Source: the human T2T-CHM13v2.0 reference genome, Homo sapiens
Length of the DNA: 64,000 nucleotides
Assembly (NCBI RefSeq): GCF_009914755.1
Contig: NC_060926.1
Direction: 5' to 3' (one strand)
Shown: in pieces, positions 41,453 to 55,193 of the stretch
How the letters are laid out: every line of letters starts with the position of its first letter
Position numbering within the stretch: the stretch's first letter is position 1
Position numbers and translations under genes: made by a program
Notes under the pieces: model-generated
Told to the model about the DNA's origin: nothing
The model's database searches: none
The model's input: only the letters and a program-made list of their open reading frames with translations

Positions 41453-43801
41453 CCTTTAGCTACTATTTGTCTATATTATCCACCAGACCATCAGGACAGA
41501 TTTGTTACTTTTTTTTCATGAGAAGCATATTTAGAGAAATTTGCCATCTCCCCTATCTACTACTCTAGTAATTCTATCAAAAATTGATATCAGAGTAGTC
41601 TAGTGAGAAATTTAGAACACAGTTGAAAAAACTTTCAAATTAAAATCCCAATTTCATTACTTATGACCATTCTGTAGCCTGATAATCCACACAAAGAAGA
41701 ACAAGAAACATTGCCAGAATTAATTACTTTTACATCTCCTTTTTCAATAGCTAGAGTGGGTTTGTCTTACGCCACTCTTAATGCCTTGCCTCTATGTGAA
41801 AATGCAGGATTCCTGGAAGGCGCAATCCTTTGGGAACTTGCAGAAGCAACTTCATGTATTAGTGGTCATCAAGTAAACAATCAGCTACCTTGCTAATAGT
41901 GTCATGAGGGTAACTCCTGAACTGCTGTGCTACTTTGCTTTGGGCATTAGTGGTTTTGTGGCCCCTTCTAAGCCATTTACACAAGTAGGAGCAGTGAGAT
42001 TTGCTCTTTTCATTGGATCATATTTTCTTCTTGCGCAGAAAGCCTTGTATTTTCTGCTAGGCACTTGGTTGGAATGGGATCCATATCAATTTGTCTCAGC
42101 TGCTGAATGGTACTTACTATGTTATATGGTGAGCTATAAAGCTCTGTTCTTAATAAATAGGTGAACTGCTTTTCCATCCCTGTTTCTCATTTAATTTAAT
42201 TTAATGGAGAATATTCAAATTGGCTACATGATGCTAATTCATGTTTAAAAGTGTCTGAGTTTGGAATTCAAGTCCTTAGAGTATGTCAGGACAAAGAGGT
42301 TTATGAGAGAAGGTGTATTTATTGTTGAGATGAGTAGAAGAACTTAATTTTAGTTTTATTTTAATATTTAGCATCTTCATAGCTACTTTTAAAATCCACT
42401 AGAGAAAATCTGCTCAGGTCATATTTCTAAGATCCTGACATAAGAAAAAGCCATTCTCTTGAAGGTTGGGGAAAGATTGTCTTGCAATTCTGCTGACTCA
42501 ACTGTAAAGTTACAATGAGTACATCTCATACAATTGAGTAGTGGCCAGTAGTAAGGAATTTGGTGTTTGACATGTTTAATATAACTTACATACATTTGCA
42601 ATTTCAAGGAAACACAATATTGTTTATAGAAGCCCTCTAATTTTCATAAGTTGCTACCTTCATTTGGTACCTACTGATTATCATGTGCTAACTAGGAGAA
42701 AACACCTACAAGCAAACAATATTATAGTGCTGCGATTGATTCTGCTTTAATGTTGCTTGTTCAGGTAGCAAAGCCATTAGCTACTTCTTGATAGTTTTTA
42801 TGAATAGACTTAGCACCTAGTATTGAGCAACCACTGAAGAATGCATCTTCCGTTAAAAGGTTGATTTATTAGTTTATATGTAAAAGAACACTGGAGGTTA
42901 TAAAGGTAACAAAGACCTTAAACATTACATTGATTTTTTTTTCTCAGAGCTTTTTTTCTTCTTGTTGTATTGCAGGGTAATAAAATTTCACTAGGCCCAT
43001 TGGATCTATAAAATCTGAAGTACAACCACCAACTGATACAAATGAAATTGTTTGACTGGAGCGATAAGCAAGGACTTGGCTTTGAACTCTGAGCAGTATA
43101 AGTTGTTTCTCTGGCCCGTGAGGGTGAATTACAGCCTGCTGTGCATTAAAGGACAGGCATGTATTTGTAGGAGCTCCCAGTTCAGTAATCACTGGGTGAT
43201 ACAGTGACCTTTACATGGCCACTGTAGTTTCATAAAGAGGCTCTTTAGACATGGAAAATCAACACCATGCCTTTTTAATAGAACTTAGATATTTCATTAT
43301 GCGAATTAAAATTGTGGATGGATATAAGATCTTTGATTTCTGAAATAAAAAGTAGAATAGGAAAATAGGAAGTTTTGTTTGCAAATCTCAGGATGTATTA
43401 TATTTAAGATAGTGAGCTTTTCTTTCTTTGTGTGAGTTGCAGGCTCCCCATAGTATAATGTGCTGTTCTGTGACAGACTAGAATTTTTTGGGCCTCTACT
43501 ATGTGCTGGGCACAGACTTAAGTAAATTCTTGGCATGCGAACCATTAGCTCATGTTACCTTTGTCTCCCTGTAGCCCCAGTACTGTCCCTTGCAGCTCCC
43601 AGCACTCTATCACTCTATCACCCAGTGCTTGAGGCATGATTCCCTTATTACCAGCCTCATCAGTCAAGTACAATAGAGAGCCAGTGGGAAAGAGCTCTGA
43701 AACCTACCCAGCAAAGTGAAGTTCTGATTGCAACGGTGAAGGCTTGAGAGCAGTATGCAAATTAGCGAAAAAGTAGGCGAGGTCTACCTTAAAGCTGGCC
43801 C

Positions 43802-44145
<344 letters not shown>

Positions 44146-44392
44146 TCAGATGGACCTTTCCCTGGCCAGCTAGCAAAATTTTTAATTCATCCAGATAAGT
44201 GACCTGAAGTCTCCAAAGGTATAATTTAAAGGCATCCTTGACTGCTATCACATACCTGGGGGTGGCTAGAGTGGGAAGTAAATTCACAATAACTAGCTCT
44301 TCGTCTGTTACTGCCATGACGAGGCAACCTGAAGCCACTGAGGCCTTAAATCAAAGCCATATGCTAGACAAGTAGCCATCTTTCAAAGGTAC

Positions 44393-44728
44393 TGTCTTAG
44401 TCTGTTCAGGCTGCTATAACAAAATACCACAATTGGCTGGCAACTGACTTTTATTTCTCACAGATCTGGAGGCTGGGAATTCCAAGATCAAGACACTGGC
44501 AGATTTGGAGTCTGGCAATGGCCTGTTCCTCATAGATAGTGCCTTCTAGCTGTGTTCTCACACAATGGAAGGGCAAGATAGCTTTCTGCAGCCTCTTTTA
44601 GGAGGGCATCTAATCGTATTATTCATGACCTATTCACCTCCCAAAGGCATGCCTCTTAATACTGTCACACTGGGGATGAGGTTTTAACATATGAATTTTG
44701 GAGGGATACGAACATTCAGACCATAGCA
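44393..44728 (-). mobile_element. MLT1A/MST-type MaLR solo LTR
   Basis: tgtcttagtctgttcaggctgctataacaaaatacca ... aacattcagaccatagca; TSD ggtac/ggtgc. Confidence 0.88.
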
Positions 44729-45049
44729 GGTGCATTTATCATCTTTTATTTTTTGGAGCCTAAATTCAAATTTGTCTTTCCTGTCACTTTTACCATAACC
44801 ACAGATTTATTTGTTTTTCATTTTGCTTTAGGTATTATGTGTTGCATATAATATGCCATATTAATCCCCAACACAGTGGAGAACCAACTGTGCTGGAGAG
44901 GTTAGGATGGGGGTCAAAGAGGTGCTAAGTTCCGACTGGTAGGTCCCTCTTTTAGTTTGATAGATATGATTGGAGCACATGTTGGTGCACATTGGAGCCA
45001 GGTGCAGAAATTTGACTGTTCTTGCAATGAATTAATGTTACACAAAATT

Positions 45050-45374
<325 letters not shown>

Positions 45375-47798
45375 TCACATATTGCCATATTGCCTAAAGA
45401 TTGTGTTCTAAATGAATATCTGATAGGGTCCAATTTACTTTTGCAAATAAAATGCCCTGAAGTCTCACATTACTCCTATGCATATGTGTGTTCGTTTACA
45501 TTGTATGACTGCCAGTCTTGTGTAAGTGAAGTGGAAACATGTACATAAAGAGCAGATGAGTGTTACACACATTCTCATGTTATGCCAGGATGGTGCTGAT
45601 GGAAGGCTAAGTCAAGCGCCACAGTCTAGGTAAGTTCTTGCAGCAAAGGTTCCTAAACCAGGGTAGACAAATACGATGTATACATCCAGCAGCATTTCAT
45701 GCCAGCCATCACTGCTTGATGAGAGCTTTCTTTCTGAAACCACAAAATGCATCTCAACACTGCATTCCAGATAGCCCATGTCAGTCACTCACTGCTGTCA
45801 TACCAACAGGAATCCAACTGCCTTTTGCCACCCTTACCCTAGAAGATCACTCTAATGGCCACTGGGCAGAGCTGCTTTGCTGCCAGCAGAAATAGACATG
45901 AGTTTAATGTGGGCCACAGGGTACACGTCACACCTGCCAGCCCACCCACATTATCCCAGCAAAACAATGGGCTAAGTAATTACTTTGCCACAAAATGTCC
46001 GTTTCCCTTGTGATTGAGTCAGTGCTAAATGCATCTTACCTTAGCTGGTAGAAATGACCTAAATGATATAACAAAGCACAGCCAAACCCCTGCCAGGTAG
46101 ACCTTTGGAAATTTGATTCTCAAGCAAGTAGCGTTTATCTTTCTGACTGATGTCTAGCCATGTTTCTATTTCTGTATCTATCTGGAGCTCTGCCTATCTA
46201 ATCCTTTGTTATTGCTGGTAATTTCAGGAAGGGGTTGGGGGTGGAAATTGCCTTTGAATGGAGTAAAATTTAACATCAAACCTGTGAAACATACCTTGGG
46301 GTGTTCCAGTGGTTATCAGCTCTAAGACCACACATTCTGCAGACAGCATGTCCTAGAATACCTGCATGGCCAGTTGATTCATCTCAGAAATCCCACATCT
46401 TGATTTTCCTCTATCTTCTGTTATTGTCTCACTTAAACTAGGTTGATCTTATTGAAGGGGAAGAGGAAATTCACATGTCCTGACCGGTGTCAGAATCTTT
46501 ACAGTTATTTCATTTAATCCATATAATGCCACTGAGACATGGGCATTATTATCTCATTTTTCACATGAGACAACCAAGGCTAATAGAGTTTAAGGCACTT
46601 ACTGATGATCTTCACAATATTGCTTAAATTTATGAATGGGAGAGCCAACATTCAAATATGGGTTTGGAAAAAAAAAAGCCAAGCTGTTTATCTAATGAAG
46701 GATATTACTTTTCCCCTTTTAGCAACTCATGAGAAAAAGAAGTCTTTATGAAATTTTTCTTTGAAAAATGTCATTAAAAGTTTGTTTTTGTTCCAATAAT
46801 CCAAACCTTTGTGGGTTCTAGTTTATGAAAAAAAGATGTGCCTTATTCCGTGATTTCCTTCTAAATAATGAATTAGAGAGAGGTAAGGTAATTCTCTGAA
46901 GGATGCAGATAGACGAATTACACAAGTTCTGGGTAAATGTGCTGACAATAATGAATAGAATTCCTATGCAACTTGATTTGGTGCAATATTGCCCAGTTCA
47001 TATGGTGCCAACCCTCATTCTTCCCCACCCCTCCAGCCTCGTTGCTTCTCTTCATTTTACCTGATTCTTTTCAGAAAAGGTGGGAATTAGATGTGTGAAA
47101 CTTACATGATAACCCGGGGATCCCCTTTTTCCAGTTTCTCTAAGCTAAAATAAGTGACATGGTCTAACTCATCCTATGTGTAGGTGGGATGCCAATATTT
47201 CACCTCTACAAACCACATTAAGTGGCAAGGGATACCTGAAATGTAAATAACACTCCATTAAAGTATAACTTTTAAGAAATTGGCAGAATCAAATCCCTGT
47301 GCTTGAATGGCATTTCGAAGCACTGTTAATTCCAAGAATTTTTCTCTCTGTTCAAGTCACTCCGAGGAGTCATTTTCATTTGCCTGTCTGTTCAGGATTT
47401 TATGGCATGTAAGTGACAAGCACTCCCTGTAACACATCGTGGGAGGGCACCCGCTAAAAGAGAGCTCAAACTGAATGACATTGGATGTGAAATGCAACCT
47501 TTTTCTGCCAGGCTGTGTGATATTTAGCATGCCTTGACATATGCTAAGCTACAAAATTTTAAAGCACAGATCCCTTGGGAATGTTACATGGAATATGTGG
47601 GTCAGAATTCTCTCGTGATTAGTTAAAATGTCTAAAACATTTTTCACAATTTCAAATGATTTTTTTCTTGAGCTCTACCATAAAAATTTGACATATTGAA
47701 CATGACTTTACAGACTTTAGTCTCTAAGTAAATGGCTTCACACTATTGGAAGAATCAATTATGGTGGATCTTTCTAATGCATACTGTCTATAAAAACA

Positions 47799-48158
47799 AG
47801 CCAGGCTCGGTGGTTCACACCTGTAATCCCAGCACTTTTGGAGGCCAAGGGGGGCGGATCACTTGAGGTCAGGAGTTTAAGACCAGCCTGGTCAACATAG
47901 AGAAACGCTGTCTCTACTACAAATACAAAAATTAGCCAGGTGTGGTGTCGCATGCCTGTAATCCCAGATACTTGGGAGGCTGAGGCATGAGAATCACTTG
48001 ACGCTAGGAGGCAGAGGTTGCAGTGAGACAAGATGGCACCACTGCCACTGTACTCCTGCCTGGGTGATGGAGTGAGACTATGTCAAAAAAAAAAAAAAAA
48101 AAAAAAGAAGAAAAGAAAGAAAAGAAAAGAAAAAGAAAAAGACAAAGAAGGAAAGAAA
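47799..48158 (+). mobile_element. AluS with A/(GAAAA)n tail
   Basis: Full dimer, ccactg duplicated in the right arm, long purine tail. Confidence 0.94.
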
Positions 48159-48441
48159 CTGACAAGTTTTAATAATCAAGATATTGGTATCTTGAAACAT
48201 CTAAAAATAAAATAATTACTGGTGATAGGTGAGGGGAATACATACGTATATTTTTTGCTTGCCCACAAAATTCTGGGCATGTTACTATTTGCTGTCCTTC
48301 ATATCCAAAAGAGATGCTCGTAACCCATTCATTTTTCTATGGTGAGTTTTTTTAATATCATTTATTGAAGTTTGTGGCCATATTCAAACAGGCAGGTATT
48401 TTATTTCCTCTATTAGATAAGGTATTTATTTATGTTGCTAG

Positions 48442-48791
<350 letters not shown>

Positions 48792-48959
48792 TGTAACTGG
48801 GACCTTTACACCTACGTCATTAACCTTAACAGCCCTCTGGGGCAAGAGCATACCTGTGATCATAACAGGAAGGAAAAAAGCTGGGAAGAAAAGAAAGAAG
48901 GCAGCCAATGAAGAGATATTCAGAATGATTGTTGTCCTCGCCACTCCATGGAAATTGCT

Positions 48960-49850
48960 CTTTTCAAAGCATCAGTGACTTCTGTCTTGCCAAATCCAAA
49001 TGTCGTATCTTTTACGACTTTTAGCAACATTCAAACCAGGTGATTACTATGCCTTTATTGCAACTTTTTTTATTCTATTATTTCCTTCCTTCCTACCTTC
49101 CTTCCCTTCCTCCTGAGACACACACCTTCCTGTTTTTTCCCCTAACCATACCAGGCATTTTTTCCAGAACCACTTTCCTGGAGGTTCTTCTGCTTCTGAT
49201 TCTAAAATTTGCAGTGCCTTGGCTCTTCTCCTTCTAAACACACTCTTTAGCAGGTCCTGTCTATTTGTTTCCAAGGCTGTAAATTCCTCCTGTCCATTCA
49301 TGACTTCCAAGTTTATAACCCCAGCCCTGACTTCTCTGTGCTCAAGCCTATGCGTGCACACACGCGCACGCACGTGTGTGTGTGTGTGTGTGTATGTTAC
49401 TGCATAGTTGAGCTTTCTAGTGCAATGTCAAACAGGCAGCTCAAACTTTATATGTGTAAAGTAGAATCATTGTTTTCTGAATCAAGACTGCTTCCTCTCC
49501 AACTGTTCCTACCCCAACCATCCTCATCTCAGTGTGTGCACCGCTGATCATCCAGGCGTCTAGGTCCCAAACTTAGGAGTTGTGCTTGCCTCCTACCTCA
49601 CATTCAATGCACCTGCAGGTCCTGTAGTCTTCTCCTTCAAAAGGTCTCAATCTCTACAGGCTCACTAGCCCAACAAGTTTCACCTCCTCAACTAATGCAA
49701 GGGATTCTAATGTGTCTCTTTGTTTCCTCTCTTGCCTCATGATGACCAATTCTCCAAATAGTAGCTAGGGTGATCTTTTATAAATGCACGTGAAAACATC
49801 CCATTTTTCTGTTTGAGCCTTCTCGAATAAAATCCTAATGCCTTACCCTG
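48960..49850 (+). mobile_element. L2 fragments
   Basis: ttgccaaatccaaatg; atgtcaaacaggcagctcaaactt; cccaaacttaggagt; gctagggtgatctttta. Confidence 0.6.
49350..49397. repeat. Alternating purine-pyrimidine (CA/CG/TG) tract
   Basis: tatgcgtgcacacacgcgcacgcacgtgtgtgtgtgtgtgtgtatgt. Confidence 0.9.
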
Positions 49851-49921
49851 ATGGATCAACAAGATGAGCTAATTTCTCCAACAAACAATCCATAAAACTC
49901 AGTGATTTAAACAGATTTACC

Positions 49922-50477
49922 TTAAAAGTTATACATAGAATTACTGTATAGCCCAGCAAGTCCACTCCTAAGTATATACTCCAAAGAATTGAACATAGTC
50001 ACTCAAACAAATACAGGTACACACATATTCATCACAGTGTTGTTCACAATAGCCAAATGGTGGAATAACCCAAATGGCTATCAACAGATGATTGGATAAA
50101 AAATTGCGGTAATGTTCTCTAGCCATTAAAAAGGAATGAATAACCAATATATACTTCAATGTGGATGAACTCAAGAACATTATGCTATATAAAAGAAGCC
50201 AAAGCAAATGGTTATATATTGCATGATTCCTTTTATATAAAATATCCAGAATTGGCAAATCTATAGAGAAAGAACATAGGTTGGTGGTTATCATGGGCTG
50301 AGGAAAGGGAGAAATGGGAATTTTAACAGGCCTGGAGTTTCCTTTTGGAGTGATGGCAATGTTTTCACACTAGATAGAAGTGGTGGTTGCACAAAATTGT
50401 GAGTGTACTAAATACCACTGAATTGTTTACTTTAAATTGATGAATTTTATGTTAATTTTACTTCAATAAAAAAAAAC
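49922..50477 (+). mobile_element. L1MB 3' end nested in an old MLT1 LTR
   Basis: cccagcaagtccactcctaagtatat...tgcatgattccttttatat...accactgaattgtttacttt...caataaaaaaaa; aaacaga at both flanks; MLT1-like flanks 49855-49915 and 50480-50600. Confidence 0.88.
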
Positions 50478-50650
50478 AGAGCTCATTTATATCACACCCT
50501 CATCTAGAGTAGCTGAAATTCCTGCTCTACGTGTTGGTCATTTTCAGTCTCAGAACCCAGGCTGACAGAGTAGCCACTGTTTAGGGCATTCTTTGTAAAA
50601 TACAAAATTCATGAGAACAGAAAATTGTTTCATTAAATAGTTTTAAAATA

Positions 50651-50925
50651 GGCTGAGTGCAGTGGTGGCTATGAACCCAGGAATCAGCTTGGGAACAGTT
50701 TTCCTTTTCTCCATATGGAGCAAAACATGCAACCCAGTAGCTGGTAGCAATAGTCTCCGTGGTCCATTCAGGAAATGGCAGAGGAGATTAAGAGGCTGAG
50801 AGTTATTCCAGCATTTTGGGAGGCCAAGTCAGGAGGATCAGTTGAGGCCAGGAGTTCGAGACCAGCCTGGGCAATATTGTAAGACCCTCAACTCTGCAAA
50901 ACCAAACAACACAAAAAACAAAATA
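50651..50925 (+). mobile_element. FLAM/AluJ left monomer split by a 134-bp insertion
   Basis: ggctgagtgcagtgg (Alu 5' end) at 50651; Alu resumes gttattccagcattttgggaggcc at 50802; A/C-rich tail. Confidence 0.85.
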
Positions 50926-52854
50926 TAAACAATCCCCCCACACAAAATAAAGGTATACAAGGAAAAAATACCTGTTTGACAAAAATTCCATTTCGTATGG
51001 TTACTTGATATCTGTATGTTAGTTATTTGTCTTCGCCTTATTTAGAGAGTTGAAGTTCAAGTGTTTACATGGCATGACCCTTCTTTTTTTTTTTACTTTG
51101 AATCCCTTCGTTGCTCCAGTGTTATTCCAGATTTCATTACTGATCTTCCAACTACCCCTTTTTGTATTGAGACCATTTGTGTTAAAGAAACTGTTGAACA
51201 TAATCACATTTTTCGTCTTAATAGCCCTATGAGACAGATACTATGATTATCCTTATTTAATTGGTGGTGAAGTAGGCTCAGGGTAAGCAGTTTGTCTGTG
51301 GTCACACCATCTATTAAGAGACATCATTACTTATGGAGTGCAGACTGTTGACTTCAGGGACCAAATCTAATGACTAAATTATGCTGGCTTTCCTTGTGCA
51401 CTACCAACCAATATTAAATCCAGTTTAAGTGACTAAATTAACAAGAACAACAACAACAAAAAAATTTTAATGTGAACAAGAAGAGCACACATTTATTAGG
51501 TAGCTGGCCAGGGATTGGAACTCAATATTTTGGGGGAACAACAAACTAAGCCAACTATTTCTTGTGCCTCTTTTGGAGCCCCGTGCTCTAAAGATGGCTC
51601 TTTTGAAATTCAAGGACAGCAAATTATATGCATTTGTTCCTGATTAAGCTAATTCACTAAGCACTTTGCATAAGAACATGGCTAAAGAGAGGACTGTCCT
51701 TCCATCCACTGGATTTCAATAACGCGGTTAAAAGAAAGAGGTCAGAAATAAAGAAATTACAGGTTTGTTTCACCTTCCTTTTAAAATCCTTATTACAGAC
51801 ATAGGAATGTTTCCAAATAAATTGAGAGAAGAACAGAAGTAAACTACCTGTATATGAGAACTTAAGGAGACCACATAGAGACAGATAGATACTTTGGTTG
51901 AGTCTTTAGCTTATAACTTAAACAGTGGTGGTAGGGGACTCACTGTGCTTTTTTCTGCCTTCTCTGTCTTCCTTTGGTTGCTTTTCCTTTCACTCTTGGC
52001 CAGTGATTATTGAAATAAAGCATTTATCTCTGTGTGTGATCAATTAAATCGGAAACACTTTTTGGGTTTTAAAATTCTGTTCAAGTTATTGTTTGGCTTT
52101 GTGGTTTCTAAGACATATTCCATGCCAAAAGTGTGGTTTTATTGACAAATGAATACATTTAGCTGGAAGAGCAAGACAGCTTTGGAGGAGGTGGAGGAGG
52201 TAGAAATAACTTACTAGATGGCACGATTTGAAAGTGACCAAAGCACTCCCACCACCTGTGAAAGCGACTGATATTCTACTGTTACTACATGTGAAAGGTT
52301 TAGATCCTTACAGTAAATAGGTGCATACTCCTAGTAGGGGTAAGCATTTATGCCCTCATGAACTAATGCCTTTCTTGGGGCATGGTGAATGAACAGCCTT
52401 TGGGAACAGTGTTATAGAGAAAGGGAATTCAGATGGGAATGGGAGGAGCAAGCAATGGTAGGAGGACAGTAATGGAGAGCAAGAGGAAAGGCTCCCCCAA
52501 AGTCAACCTGCTTCACCACCAGGCCAACCTCTTGCTAGATCAGGGGCTTATTTCTACTCCACGGATATGAGGCTGCTTGAAACCTCTTTTCAAAAATGCC
52601 TTGGGGAAGAAATTCTAACTATGCTGATTGTGTCAAAGAGCCTGTCTTAATTCTGAAACATAATTCCAAATATTTCTGGCCTTCTAGAATACTGTACCTA
52701 TTCTAACTTAGTCATGTCAGTCTCAGCCTGTTATTCTCCTCTGCTATACCCTGAATAGACCACGGTGGCCATTGCTACCACCTACGGGGCTGCATGTTTT
52801 GCTCCGTATGGAGAAGAGGAAAAGCGTTTCCAAGCTGATTCCTGGATTCACAGC
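50668..52854. repeat. Dispersed inverted repeat, 134-bp arms (50668-50801 and 52721-52854)
   Basis: Hand alignment is ungapped with about 19 mismatches in 134 nt (~86%). Confidence 0.93.
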
Positions 52855-53964
52855 ATCTATGTTAAGTATATTAGCACCTTCCATTTGCAACTGGGAGGGT
52901 TTCCTCAGGAATTTTATTCTGTCGGGTATTAGATACAATAATAATAGGTGGCAGGCCATACTGGAGAATTGAGGGCACCAGTAAATTACTGTGAGGAAAG
53001 CAATTTGACATCCTTTCATCCTTTGATGAAAGCTAAATGTGAAATCTAGGTGTAAACGTCTAAAAAATTGAAAGTCACACTCAGAGGGGGAGACCTAGGA
53101 GTGTGGTGAAATCACTACTCAGAGAGGGAAAAGACTTGAGGTTGGACTGTGATTTGACAACATTATTTCTTTCCAAGATTAATGTGTCTGTGGAACTACT
53201 TGGCCTTATTCCTGGGTCCTATCAATTTAGCAAGGACATTTACACAAATGGCTTCTGTAGTCTAGCTGATATTGGGGCCAGAAACACTGGCCCAAGAATT
53301 CAGGTTCTTCTGTTTTGAAAGACGTATAATGCTGGGGAGGCGAGACAGCCCCATTTTGGCATCCTTAACTTGTTTCTATCCTTCTACCTAAGGCTGTCTG
53401 ATAAGGACTGTGAATTTTACCTCACTATGTCTTTGTTCAATGTTTCTTGTAAACTCAAAAGCAAATGTACAGACATAGTCAGCTATTTCCTCCCCTCACC
53501 TTCCACTCAAAAATATACTTTCTTTGAACTAATTTATTTTCCCTTCCTCAAGACACGCATATAACATATTATCATCACTATTATCATCATATTTCCTTAT
53601 ATCGTTTATTAATAGTTTCATATATGCATCTCATTTCCTGAATTAATGGTGTTTTTCTCTGAGGCGGGTCTTTATCTCCACAGTGCCTCGATAAAGAATA
53701 TGAACGCTAGCTCTTATGTGGTGCCTACTTATCCTAAGGCAGGTGCTATGTTAAGCACTTTGCATGGATGACCTCATTTACTGCTTTCAAACCCTGATAC
53801 ATTTGGTATTTATAATTATCCCCCTTTTCAGAAGTGGGAAATATGGCTTTAACGTATTGTCTTACATCACAAAAATGTGAGAGCAGAGGGATTTGAACTC
53901 AGGTTTGGTTGCATGAAGAGCTATGTTGTACTTTTTTCTTAGTAAATATGTGATACTTAATGGT

Positions 53965-54427
53965 GCCTTAGTGCTTTGGAACACACTTTCTTGAAACGCT
54001 GTGGCTTAAAACAGCACCATTTTCTTTTTTTGCTCCTAAGTCTGCCCCTGAGTTTGTAGTTTGGACAAGGCTAAGCAAGGATAGCTCTACTGTGTGTCAG
54101 CTGGAGCAACTCTACTGGGCTGGAGGTCCCATCTAAGGGGGTCTTACAAGTTGGTTCTAGTTGCTGGCTCAGTTCTCAGCTGGGGCTGTAAGTTGAAAAC
54201 CTCATTGCTCCACCACATAGTGAGTTGGGATTCTTGCAACACAAAGGCAGGAAATGCCAAGGCTTCTTATGGCTTGGGCCCCAAAGTGGCACAGCATCAC
54301 TTCCAAAGCATTCTTTGGTTGCAGCAGATCACGGGGCCAACCAGACTCAGAGAGGGGACCATACCAGAACATGAATACTGGCAGGCACAGTTCATCGTCA
54401 TGGTTCAAAGTTAAGAGTCTGCCACAC
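53965..54427 (-). mobile_element. MLT1F/G/H-type LTR
   Basis: gtggcttaaaacagc..., tcagctggggctgt, aagtggcacagcatcacttcc, catgaatactggcagg, terminal ctgccaca. Confidence 0.65.
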
Positions 54428-54561
54428 AAAAGGAGCAGAACCTTTGTTCATTGTTTTATTATCAGCAAAAAATCTATTAAGTACCCATTTTATTACCATT
54501 TATGCAGCGCTACAATAAGGATAGAGAAGAAGATACAGCTTCTACTTGTGCTCTATAATAG

Positions 54562-54627
54562 TACCTGATACCCCAGAAATTCAAACAGAAACCAAAACAA
54601 AGCCAATCAAAATGACAAGCAAGAGTG
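54562..54627 (+). CDS. Candidate 66-nt symmetric (phase 1-1) cassette exon, xPDTPEIQTETKTKPIKMTSKS
   Basis: cttctacttgtgctctataatag| acceptor, GTG|gtgagt donor, length 3n, one open frame; host gene not recognised. Confidence 0.35.
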
Positions 54628-55053
54628 GTGAGTATAAACATACTGCACATTGGAAAATTTGGCATTTTCATTCTGGAGATATTTTTAAGAGCAACAACAT
54701 CCAAAATAGTATTTTATTCTAATTCGTGGTATGTGTGCTCCTTTATTTTAGGCACTTTGACTGGCATGATCTTCACAAGACAGGGAAAAGACACTCAAAC
54801 ACATGCACGTCTTTACGTCTAGGTGCAAATGGAGTAAAAATTAGATATGCTGGAGTTAGGTTACAAGTGGAGTAAGAGCTGCGGGTGTCTGGATTAATGT
54901 GGTGGTTTATTCCAAGAGCAGTAATAAAGAGTCATATCACTTTCTATTGCAGCAGGGCATCCATTTAGGGAAGTGGATCTTCAGGTTTTGTTTCCAAAAT
55001 AGAGCACATATTTTCAGTGCTCAATGAAAGAAACAAGGGAGAGTGGGTGACAG

Positions 55054-55193
55054 GGTGCTATGGCAGCCCTCGTTATTTATAGTTTGGCAATACTGTTAGT
55101 GTTCACCCGGTGGAGAACTGAATCCCATCTAAGCTCGTAATTTTCATATCTTTGGAAAGCTTTTAGCTCCTCTCTGCCTGTTGGCATGGTAAC
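55054..55193. promoter_or_regulatory. Motif cluster: RFX X-boxes and MEF2 site
   Basis: GTTGGCATGGTAAC (55180-55193), GGTGCTATGGCAGC (55054-55067), TTATTTATAG (55073-55082). Confidence 0.35.

Larger units (their letters stand above)
40140..41610 (-). mobile_element. L3/CR1 ORF2 fossil interrupted by MLT1D and an Alu arm
   Basis: Minus 41599-41543 translates TTLISIFDRITRVVDRGDG, resembling the CR1 RT motif TNLISFxDxVTxxVDxG; further CR1-like stretch at 40230-40420. Confidence 0.55.

Noticed and set aside
45589-45629. 41-nt exon-like segment ending TAG|gtaagt
   Set aside because: Weak acceptor and non-3n length; an isolated donor consensus is expected by chance.
47116-47125. GGGGATCCCC NF-kB p50-like palindrome and scattered TGASTCA AP-1 sites
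   Set aside because: Isolated short motifs without clustering or other support.
49968-50294. 108-aa minus-strand ORF
   Set aside because: Antisense translation of an L1MB 3' end.
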